From Balanoglossus misakiensis (lineage: Eukaryota > Animalia > Hemichordata): DNA of 64,000 nucleotides. Each line of letters starts with the position of its first letter. Within the stretch, counting starts at the first letter, position 1. Location of the stretch: assembly GCA_040954595.2 (NCBI GenBank), contig CM082577.2, forward strand, positions 4,526,305-4,590,304, in the 5' to 3' direction. Under the pieces are notes generated by a model, which worked only from the letters and a program-made list of their open reading frames with translations, was not told where the DNA came from and made no database searches. The position numbers were made by a program, and so were the translations under genes. Positions 27,280-37,462 of this stretch are shown one piece after another.

Positions 27280-30253
27280 GATGATGATTGTTATGATGAT
27301 GATGATGATGATGATGATGATAATGATGATGATGATATTTACAATTATATTATGATGCCAACCACAATTCTGATTGGACGAGAACTCAATCCAACGATGC
27401 TAAAATACAACTTATATAGCATTGCTAACTTTTCTAAACAGACGGAAGAACTCACTTGTCATTCCATGTGTAATTTGGTAACGCTTCAACCCAACACCAG
27501 AAATCTCTTTTGTTCAGACCAAATAAAGATCCTGGCTCTGTTGTAAAGAAAAGATAAAAAACATGTAAAATTGTCTTTAAAAAGAGTGTAATCCAAAGAA
27601 ATACAACAAGATATTAAAGTTACATTTATTTTAAATTCACTGAAGACTTGCAGTGATGTGTTAAAGTTTTTTTTGTGCCAATCCCACTCATTCTGTGAAC
27701 ATGGAGAGGTTGGCATAATGTCCTTTTCGTCAATAGAGGGCAGTATTGCCCAAATGATCTCACATCAACACCGTGCTGGACGAAGCATAATACACAGCAT
27801 GTGGCAATATTGTCATTTTCTGGAAAATTTTCACAACATATAAGGGCCACAAGATACTGCAGACTCACGTTTAAGTCCTTTTCGAAGAATATTTTCCAAA
27901 GTTTCACACAGCTGTTTGACTTTATGGTTGCAGTCTCTGATGGGTTGTTGTTCTTCTTTCAATTTTAATAAAATACCTGTAATGATATTGGGAAAAATAA
28001 CTTTGTTAATTTGGGACTTAACTGGGACATGTTTTTTTTTATCTCATAACAAATAACTGTAAGTTTTCAGAAGACTTTTTAGCCACTCTCTTTGTAGTCA
28101 CGCATTTATCACCTCCTTTGTTTAAAGTTTTCACACCTTCACTCCCCCCCCCCCTCCCTTTTGTCTGTCTTTTCACCTGCTGTTGGAAAAATTTTCACTC
28201 CGAATTTTAATGAGCTGGTTTTCTGCTTCAACTGTTCACTCCAGCCTGGGATCTCATGAAGAAGGCAGCATGTCTTTGACAGCTCGTGACATTCAGTGGA
28301 TCTCAGAGTGCTGCCAAACCCTAATTTATCTGAAGATCAACATGGTTACATTGTCATTCATTTTGGAAGGTATTAGAAATAACTTTGAGTGCTTTTTACT
28401 GACTTTTTTACTGACTTTGAGAGAGAGAGCAGAGAGAGAGAGTATAGCTGGCCATGTGGGTAAAACAGAATGGCTAGTGTCTACAAACAGACTTTATGCT
28501 GTGACCTGAATATGGCCAGTCAGTATAAGTTTTGTATCATACCTCAAAGAATGAAAATAAAACAAACATGTGAAACATTTTTCAAAAGTATCAGTCATGA
28601 ATTATGTATGTTTCTCGACATTATATGTTTCTCAATATGTTTTATTTTAGAGACCTGCCACCAAGTGGGCAATTGGATACTAGTATTTACATATCTACAC
28701 CACTCCTATGTATTGTTCAAGTTGCTGGTAGAAGTTTGCGTACAATTATATGTACCAGTACCATAGTATTGTCCAAAGTCAAGGTAAGTAATGTGTATCC
28801 AGCAGCCTCAGCTAATGGCCTGGCTTTTTTTATGGCTAGGCTGGTATTTTTTGTGCTCAAAATAGCTGATTGGCAGGCTATAGCAAAAAAAGCCTGCAGG
28901 ATAGTGACATTTTGAGACTGCTGTGTGCCAATTTCTCAAAATCACCCATTTGTGTCATACAATGCCTATATTACCCGCACTAGTCATTGCTACCTGATGA
29001 AGCAGTGTGTCAGCAACTGCATGTGATTGGTCTATAAACCTCTGTTCCGCCTTGCTAAGGTCAATAGGTGAGGTTTGACTACCTGCGCACTGTGTAAAGA
29101 TTAAGGGTGTAAATGCTATCACATACAAATTCAGCCTTTTGAAAGCCATTTGTAAATTTGATGTAAACATTGTACAAATGATAAAAAAAGAAAATTTCTT
29201 TCCATAGCAGTTTATCTATGCCATTAGCTGCACAAATGCATGAAAAATACCAGTGGGAGTCTGGGACTAATGTGCTGATGTATGGGGCCTACTCAGGCGT
29301 TCTCTCATCTTGTTTCTTTCGTTCTGTCTTCATACAGAAACAAATTGACAACATTACATTTTCTCACATCAAAAGAGACACTATTCTTCTGCACTGTTAC
29401 AGACTGCAACTTAGCCTTGACTGGTTTCTATTAGCTGAGCTATGGTCGCCATGGCAACATTCATTCACTGTCTCCATTAATGAATTGAAATGTCCACGCT
29501 TGTTATAACAAGCAACTCGATTGCATCAAGCATTCTAGACCAAAACTCCAATCCTCTCGAATACAAATGTAGTACTACTATGTAAGCCTTTATTCAGGTC
29601 AAACACAGCCTGGCCTAAATAAGGAGGACTGTAGGTAGAAACTGTTAAGATGTTTGCAATTAATTAATGCTAGTTTCTCACCTCAACAAACAGTTCCACA
29701 AAATCAATATAATATTACTCTAATTAAACTGAGCCATCTTCCATTATACAAACATTTTTATGAGATATTACACAACTGTTCAAATATTTTCTTTTGTACA
29801 ACAGTGTTTAAAAAGTAAAATCTGTGCAGACACTGATACAACCTTTCATTTACACAGACTCTGTAATCAATATGTAAAATGCTGTGTGCACGGTTGAAAG
29901 GTTTTTCAGATCAAATCTAATTTCGTATGCAATGACTGTAGGTATATGCCTGGCAATTTCACTTGGGTTGCAATTCCAATTATATGCCAAATTCAAATAT
30001 TAAAACAATCAAGACAATCTGCCATGAAATTCTGCACAATGCAAGTTGCACCATCTCCCCCCCCCCCCCCCCCCCCCTACTGTCTGTGGTGATGTGCTAA
30101 CCCTGCGTAACGCAAGTCGGGATGATGTGCAAACATCTGGTGACAGTCGATTTACTTTCGACGAATGTCAAATGCCAAGACGATTTCTTTAAACATACCA
30201 GACAGATGATGCTTACCTTTAAGCTCCGTTAAAAGCGGATCACGTAGAGCCAT
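1375..30253 (-). CDS. Uncharacterised RUN + PDZ + PTB/PID-like domain protein, 3' end beyond the left edge of the window
   Basis: 13 phase-consistent GT-AG exons: 30253-30217, 27976-27869, 27537-27456, 26959-26908, 25227-25120, 24322-24274, 22183-22125, 21110-20961, 17776-17705, 11361-11305, 4630-4452, 3306-3261, 1443-1375 (356 codons, no stop). RUN motifs: LCETLENILRKGLK, DFWCWV, KTHQGRGRCFLRIAL, YWYDP, INFEL. PDZ-like: KDLGVVV...VKSGSVAG..KIEPGDILDEL. PTB-like start: YRVRYIDKVPVG..GGVNQIEGAIMSV. A pyrimidine tract at 1-20 on the minus strand suggests the next exon lies just outside the window. Confidence 0.85.
1882..2062. mobile_element. Degenerate MITE-like element with TACTGTA...TACAGTA ends
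   Basis: Inverted termini, plus internal inverted AAATTTTCACG / CACGAAAATTT motifs. Confidence 0.5.
5860..6073 (+). mobile_element. HINE/DINE-like non-autonomous element remnant
   Basis: (CA)/(GACA)n microsatellite at 5975-6020 followed by a 3' stem-loop CTCCCATG-CCA-CATGGGAG (6048-6066). Confidence 0.4.
9700..9874. mobile_element. Interspersed repeat, probable DNA-transposon remnant, with degenerate copies near 23100-23250 (inverted) and 26620-26700
   Basis: Shared blocks: GAGCAAATT...ACTGATTTT..GGTG.ATTC (9820-9870 vs 26650-26697). Reverse-complement similarity of TTTTGAATTTCA and the GGTGACCCCCAATTTTTATTCT region to 23150-23250. Ends in TACCTTAA. Confidence 0.45.
15527..15701. mobile_element. 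MITE with CAGT...ACTG terminal inverted repeats (Tc1/pogo-like)
   Basis: Left end CAGTAAAACCTGTCTAAACCGAAC; reverse complement of the right end CAGTAAATCCCGTCCAACCTGAAC. Internal subrepeats of AAACC(T)GTCTA. Confidence 0.7.
19089..19180. mobile_element. Truncated second copy of the 15527-15701 MITE
   Basis: TA|CAGTAAAACCCATCTAAACC...ATCTGGAAACCTGTCTATA...TTTGACATAGAACC aligns with the left half of the 15527 element. Confidence 0.7.
21189..21214. repeat. (TC)n microsatellite
   Basis: Directly visible. Confidence 0.9.
26082..26100 (-). promoter_or_regulatory. CTCF-like binding motif
   Basis: Minus strand TGGCCACAAGAGGGCGCTA closely matches the CTCF consensus (CCASYAGRKGGCRS core, one mismatch). 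Confidence 0.55.
27183..27336. repeat. (ATG)n trinucleotide microsatellite, about 50 units, intronic
   Basis: Near-perfect GAT repeat inside the RUN-gene intron 27455-26960. Confidence 0.97.
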
Positions 30254-30551
30254 TTTAAGTGAAATAGTATATTTTTACTGCTCCAGAACAGAAGCGCAAT
30301 ATAATCCCTTGCATTTTACGTTCCCTGACCCATTAGGTCACCTATCGCAAAAGGGTGTAATTAAAAACAAATGGAACTTTTGCCCGCTTAAACGTCCGTC
30401 AATTCCATTAAGTTTCGGCCATCAGTTTGAATACATCATATTCATAACTTCTAAATCAAATAAATTGGGTGAATAGTGATGGAAATGAAAATAATTGACA
30501 TAACTCATTATAGTTTACCCCTTTACGGTAGCCCAAGGTAAACAGTGAAAG
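30254..30551. promoter_or_regulatory. Putative bidirectional promoter, RUN-PDZ-PTB gene / GALK1
   Basis: Divergent start codons only about 300 bp apart (30253 and 30552). Confidence 0.7.
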
Positions 30552-33357
30552 ATGGCTTCTGCTGTAGGAAGGGGTGTGACCGAAGTATGCAGTGTAAACT
30601 CACTCCTTGCTAAAGCTGTTTCTGAGTTCGAACAAAAATTTGGGGGGAAGCCGACGATTGCAGCATGTGCTCCAGGCAGGGTCAACTTGATTGGCGAGCA
30701 CACTGATTATAATGATGGTTTTGTTTTTCCGATGGTAAGTCACGAAGTCTAGGCACGGTTAGAGTGTATATGTGTATTCACTCAATTTACGAATTTGTAT
30801 AGAGGGCGTTTCCTCTTTATACCAATGTGCTTTCGGGAAGGTTTTACAAATGATACCGTGCATTTATCTTCTATAATGCCAAATAAGTTGACTTTGTAGT
30901 ATACACATTCCAACACATCATTCATCATGTGTTCATTACCTCGCCTTCAGTACATGATACATTATGAATTATGATATAGTTACTTATGTTTGATTATTAC
31001 GTAACATTAAAATATATACGACGTGTGCACCTCGACAAGAGATATGTTACATCTCTATGCAAAGCGATGAAAATCAAAGCTTGGGTAAAATATTGAAAAC
31101 AACTGATATAACAGGAGGGCACTGTTTAAACCAGCTAACAGCCAGCACTTAATATGTGCATTAATTTATCAGTGCATTAATTGAGCCAATGCTGGATTAA
31201 TTCCTACTTCTGTCTACCATTGTTGTAGGCATTGCCGATGGTAACTGTCATGGTTGGCGATAAGACAACATCTGGGGTGTGTAGAGTGGTGACAACGGCA
31301 GACAGCGTGGATGATCCCACAACGGTGGAATTTCCGGTACCGTCGGATTCCAGTCCGCTGACTCCAGGCAAGCCATCCTGGGCTAATTATGTCAAAGGCG
31401 TTGTTGCCAACTTCAAAGGTAAAGTATGCAAAATTGAGTTGTCGTCTTTTGACATAATTTCATTTTTTTATATCTTTTATTTATCTTCTGTATGCATTCT
31501 GTTTGCAGGTGCTGTAGTGCCCTTCAACGCGGTGATAGCGACATCGGTGCCGATCGGTGGCGGTGTTTCCAGCTCGGCGTCTCTGGAGGTCGCCACCTAC
31601 ACTTTCCTTGAGGCGCTGACGAGTACCACGTCAAGCGTGCAAGACAAAGCCCTGGCCTGCCAGAAGGCAGAGCACGACTTTGCCGGGATGCCGTGTGGTA
31701 TTATGGATCAGTTAATTTCTACCATGGGGAGGGATGGTCATGCTTTGCTCATTGATTGCAGGCAAGTGGTTGTATCACAGGGACTTGTCAAAACATGATG
31801 TGTTAGCTAGCCTAATTGTAGCTTCAATCCTAAAATTAATTCGCTTATTTAAAAAGCCTCCAATTTCGAAATCACTCTGCTTTTTTAGAGAATGCTGTCT
31901 GATCGGCTTGAAAATTCATTTTTGCTTCATATATATTCAATATTCAAGACTCACAAAGAGTTGCTCAAAATGCCAATAGAGGGCGCAGTACAGATTTTAC
32001 CATCTCAATCTCTCCATCAGGTCCATGCAGTCCAAGCTGGTGCCTCTGAGCGACCCGAGTCTGGTCATTCTGGTGATCAATTCCAACGTGAGACATGAAC
32101 TGACTGGCAGCGAGTATCCGACCAGAAGACGACAGTGTTACGAAGCGGCCGAAAAGTTGGGGAAGAAGAGTTTACGAGATGCTAGTATGGAAGAGCTCAA
32201 CGGTGAGTTACATAAATGTGTGTCTCGTAGACTCATTGTAAATTTCCCAGTCTACACCAATGTATCATTTGATTGCCTGATGAATTTGACTATGAATTTC
32301 TATATTGCTTCTGTAATCTACAGCTCTGACTTCTACATGGTTTACCTATGCTGAATATGACATTTTATCACTGTTGCCTCCATTTAATCCCAGCAATCAA
32401 AGGAAAATTGGACGACGAGATCCACAGGAGAGCCCGTCATGTGATCGGTGAAATTGCCCGCACCACAGAGGCAGCTGAGGCTTTGGAGGCTGGGAATTAC
32501 CATAAATTTGGGGAATTGATGGTTCAAAGTCACCAGTCACTCAGGTAATAATCAATGCACCCGCTGATCATGGTAAGGTCTTGCAGATGTTGAGGCAGCA
32601 AGTTTGTTGACTGTATACTAGTATTGCAAGGGGCATATGAAGTCCCACTTGATTAATGCAAGACATCTTTTACCTGCACACAGGGATGACTACGAGGTGA
32701 GTTGTGCGGAGTTGGATGAACTGGTGGCTGCTGCCATGGAAGTGGATGGTGTGTTTGGATCCAGGATGACAGGTGGTGGATTTGGCGGATGTACAGGTCA
32801 GTCACATTGGATAACGGCATCGTCTTTAAAAAACAATGTGTGCCATTCATTTGCAACTGAGTTCAGAGGCTCCTGGAAGACTGATTTTGGCTTCGAGCCT
32901 AACCACCGTGGCACCGTACCCGGATTTGGTGTCCTGTGTACAGTGATGAGGGTAGTCATTTAGACAGTGTACATTCAGCTTTGAATTTTTTGTTTTACAG
33001 TCACTCTTCTGAAGAAGGATGCAGTCGCTAAAGCAGTGGAGCATATTCAGGTAAAAGGTTTCATTTTATATGCATGGAGTTCTGAGAATGAAAGACAACA
33101 GCATTTTTTGTAAATTTTCCAAGACTCGCTGAACATAACAAAGGTGTCAATAAGAAGAGTAGACAGCAAACCAAATCATTGGGCCACTTGTCCCCCAAAA
33201 AGTACAGTCTGCCCCCCAACCCCTCTTTACTCTATCTCTTTGGTTCCTAGTCATTAAAATGTTTTGTGTCGTTTTTATTGTTCAGGCCAAATATTCAGGT
33301 ACAGCGACCTTCTACGTGACATCAGCATCTGAGGGCGCTAAACCACTCCAACTGTAG
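30552..33357 (+). CDS. GALK1: Galactokinase (GHMP kinase family)
   Basis: Exons 30552-30734, 31229-31418, 31509-31761, 32021-32202, 32394-32544, 32684-32796, 33001-33050, 33286-33357. Motifs [53 protein letters not shown]. Intron 3 is GC-AG. Confidence 0.96.
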
Positions 33358-34936
33358 AGTATGTGTCATCTGGTAATGAATTGGCTCACATGGAAAGCGA
33401 AGACAGGAGCAACAATATCATTGATTCAAGCTGTGATCTTTCCGATTTCCTTTTTGAAAAATTGCCTGATTTGTGAAATCTGCCAATAGCTTGTAGAGTC
33501 TCACTGTACATTATGGCTCAAATCCCTATTAACATCTCTACAAACCGAGTCCCAAATGTATTTTTGTTAGACCTGTCACTTTACTTGGCTTAATTGTCTG
33601 GCTTAAACAGGGTTGGAATTGTGTCTTCACCTGTTACTTTGTACTGAGATATTATGCAAAGAAGTTGAGATTAAATTCTTGGGCGGTGATCTCGAAGTGC
33701 AATATAATACGCGGCTCAAATATTTTGAATATGAAAAAAATAACTGATATTAATAAAATAACATTACAGACACCAAATGTCTAATGGAAATTATTTAACG
33801 GTACCCATAAACACCAATGCCACTGTTGTATTGTTCGGGATTGTGTGCACACAAAAAATAAACTGGAGTGCAATTGCTTGTCATATGATTTACACCTACC
33901 GAAGTCTGGGGGGGGGGGGGGGGGGGAGAGAAAGAAGATTGTCACAAAACACTATGTATTGGGTGTGATTTTATTACGCATATATTCTTAAGTCTCATTC
34001 TTAGGTCACATTGATTGTCCCAGAAAAATAAAAAAGTCCAATGCAGAGAGATTACAAAACTTTGTAGTAAAATCTTTTTTTTTTTACAATGTGAATACAG
34101 GGCTGTAGACAAAGAATAACGTACACCTCCCAACAAGTTTATGTAGAGGATTCTGTGTGATATACGTGTATGAGTTGTGACTGGATGATTCATTTTCAGA
34201 AATTGTATTCAATTTTTGCAGCCTTGGGGGAAATTCTTATGAAGGACAGCCATGGATAGAAAGTGCCGCACACCTGATCGGCCCCTTTGTGAGCACAGCA
34301 GAACATCGGGTCAGGGAACCAGACTAGACTAAGAATGCTCTGGGCAACATCCTCCATTTATTTATTATAGGTACAGCCATGCGACTGGCAGTGCAATGCA
34401 TTCAAAAGACGAAAATACCAAGTGCAGTTTGTTGCAAAATCACAATCATACATGATCTTCTGGTTTAATATAGGAAATTTCTAACTACCATGGGTGCATC
34501 GTTTCATTCCCGGTACACTTATCAACCCATTTGAAAACCCTTTTACTGGGTGAATCCCATTGTTTATTTTTCAATGGTTCGTGTGGGCCATCAACAGTGT
34601 GCCCTCTATACGCTGGCATGACACGCCGCTGAATCGACAAAACTCACTGGTGATGAAAGGAAAATTATCCATACTACATGTAAAAGGTACAGGGCTGATG
34701 CAAAGAAATTTCAAATTGACACAAAGCTTTGAAGAAAAAAAACACGAATGTTAGAGGGCACACTGATCTTCACGTAGGTAACGAAATGGGGAGATGGCCA
34801 CACAGCAACTTCAATAACGATAATGAGTAAACCTAACTATGATGCTAATTACTATTGTCCATGAAATAAAACGTCAAATATTAATGGTAGACAGTCCACC
34901 ATTGTAGACATCTCCAGACAAACGCAAGCGATCTCT

Positions 34937-36601
34937 TCACTGGATTTGGAGGAGTTCAATCTCGAAGATCAGCTCGGCATTGGGCGGTATCGTAAGAAGC
35001 TGTTAAGGAAATAATTTGTAAAAAAATATCTCTCATATATTTTTCCCGCGGATGCCTCCCTAGGAGCATTCATTTCAGCACATCAATCCTCACTGTCTGA
35101 AACAACACTTGGTTCCTGTAACGGGGATGATAGCCAGTCGCTGGTAAAGGCAGCCGACATATGTCTTCAAATACTATGAGGCTAATTTGGCTGTTTCTTT
35201 CATTGCCTGCCTCTTACAAACTGTATCTACATGACTGTGCACCATCAAAAGTAACAGAGTGGCACACACACAGCCCAGATCATATGCTGTGCTTCAGAAT
35301 AATGTTATGATTTCTCAGTAAAAATTTCTTTTGAATTGAAATGGACAACTCATGCTCATGACACAGTCATACACACCACTCTCAAGACACTCAGAACACT
35401 AGAATGAAAAGGATATCCCCATGCTGGAAAGCCACTTGCTCCATAACCTTTTTCCGGATGGAGTATCAGTCTGGCTACCTCGCCTTGTCTCATCGTCAGA
35501 CAACCTTCATCCCATCCTGTAAACAGACAAGAAATTATCGTATGGCACAATGCCAGTAATCCCAAGACACAAGCATTTACCACAGTTTAGAAGCAACTAA
35601 ATCTAACACAGATCACACAAATTGAGAGAGCATACCTGCAATCACTTGTCCAAGACCAACCGAGAAACTGAATGGAGCCTGACCAGGATCCCTGGTGCTG
35701 TGAATGACAGAAAATTACTGCTACTGAAGTTGCCCCGACGCAATTACATGTACGGTGACACATACCTTAACTAGCAAAGAGAAAAAAAATCAGTGGACAC
35801 ACGTTATTTTGATTGGCAGTAACCAAAACAAATCTATTTGGATGTTTAAGTATGATAAATGTATGTTGAATGGATTCCTGAAGTTTTGTGGGTACACTGG
35901 GTGTGTTTCCACTCATCTTCAGTAGGACACTACAAACTGATCTCAGAAAACTTGAACAGTCACTGTCTGCATAATAGGTACATGTACTCCAATCAAATGT
36001 TGAATCTCAATGAAGTCTAGGTACATGTACATGAGGTAGGCAATGCTGTTATTCATATTTGAAATAAAAATAGATTTTACTGTTATAGCATCATGGGAAA
36101 TTAAAAATAAAGCTAAAGACAAAGGCTCTTTTGTAGTGTCTATGCTAGTAGGGGTGACAAATTTCCTTGTGACAGAGGAAAGAGATGAAAACGAAGGAAG
36201 TACTTTTTAGTGAATTCACAGAAAATGAAACAATCAAATGGTTGGTGAAAATGACCTTTTAACTGCCCAAAATCCATGTAGTTAAACAAAACTGGTTGGT
36301 GGATATGACCCTTAACTGACAATTATGTCCAAAATGACAAATATGACCTAAAGGAACAAGAAACAACCCCCCCCCCTCCCACGTTGTTGTTTGTTACTTT
36401 GTTGTCGTACTCGTGACTGAGATGCATTGATCATTGATGGACATTTCAATGCGTATATACTTGCCTCCAAAATTTCATTATCGGATTCGCCAATGCACCA
36501 GTGCAGTGAACGGTTATCGTACTACCTCTTCTAGGTGATGGGCCATAACCATCTCTCAAAATGTCTTTCGTGACGCCGCTGGATACGATTACGCGTTGCA
36601 T
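34937..36601 (-). CDS. FKBP-type peptidyl-prolyl isomerase, plant FKBP12-like, 117 aa
   Basis: Exons 36601-36465, 35697-35636, 35516-35417, 34991-34937 give MQRVIVSSGVTKDILRDGYGPSPRRGSTITVHCTGALANPIMKFWSTRDPGQAPFSFSVGLGQVIAGWDEGCLTMRQGEVARLILHPEKGYGASGFPAWGIPPNAELIFEIELLQIQ*. Confidence 0.93.
34992..35416 (-). other. U12-type (minor spliceosome) AT-AC intron in the FKBP gene
   Basis: 5' end ATATCCTTT (35416-35408); branch site TTCCTTAAC (35010-35002) 10 nt from the 3' end; AC acceptor. Splicing restores the conserved WG-IPPNA-LIFEIELL C-terminus. Confidence 0.95.
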
Positions 36602-36800
36602 GATTTCAAATTATATTTCCCTATTTCGACTGCGAATGAAGGAACGTGTTGTCAGGCGTGCTGCGCAGAATGTGTGACCCCGAGTACGCCAGCTATGGGT
36701 GACCCCGAGAGAATGCTGACAGGAAGTGCTAGCGTAAATCCCCCGCACAGTGATTTGGTGGAGGGCTGACTTCTGCAGGCTGAGGTGTATATAAGGTTAG
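36602..36800. promoter_or_regulatory. Putative bidirectional promoter, FKBP / CHMP6
   Basis: FKBP ATG at 36601; probable CHMP6 5'UTR exon donor (aag|gttagt) at 36795; ETS-like CAGGAAGTG near 36720; CpG-containing. Confidence 0.6.
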
Positions 36801-37462
36801 TTTTGTGATAAATTTCTGGCGCTCGTTATTCAGTCTCATTCATAAGACGTTGTCAGCTATCCAATGAATAAGCGGCTGTTCCACCCAACTCCCAGGCGAC
36901 TGTGGGCTGTTCCAACTTGAATCAAGCTCACGAGTTACAAGTAACAAGTTACATGCAAAACGTGTGTGACTGTGAACCAATCACTTGCTTGGCAACATGG
37001 GTTGGGACCTATTTCTCAAAACTGTTATGTTCAGGGAAGGCACAGTCACTACAATCTTGTAGGCTTTAATAAACTAGTTAGCAGTTTTCGTCAAAGTTTA
37101 GCCTGATAAAAATAACTTCCACATTGTTCCAATATTAAATTGCTATGACAAGTTATGTAATCTATTTTTAATCCATCACATTGCCATTACATGTATATGG
37201 CTATTAGACAGTATACCTGTCCATGATTTGGCCCAATACCGTTTAAGATCGGTCACCATGGCAACATATATCCTTGGCAGTGACATCATGGGGAGGAGGC
37301 AGAGTTATATGATTTCATGGTCAGCTTGAGCTAGCACAACGTCACATCTGCTATTCCATTTTGTCTCTACAACAGAAATTTAAAAACAAATCTTTTCTTC
37401 TCTGCAGGTTTCAGCAAAATAAAGTACATGGCATGCATGACCTTGAAACTCTGATTTGAACC

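Noticed and set aside
27170-27355. Poly-methionine ORF
   Set aside because: Translation artefact of the intronic (ATG)n microsatellite.
4700-30200. Nested plus-strand gene or transposase/RT ORF in the large introns
   Set aside because: The short ORFs there show no recognisable domains and no phase-consistent exon chain could be built. A small nested or non-coding gene cannot be fully excluded by eye.
35356-35416. FKBP C-terminus GYPFHSSVLSV... from the ORF track
   Set aside because: Read-through into the U12 AT-AC intron; the real last exon is 34991-34937.
34937-36601. Plant contamination or recent horizontal transfer of the FKBP gene
   Set aside because: Embedded between animal-type genes, shares a promoter interval with CHMP6, and has host-like introns including a U12 intron.
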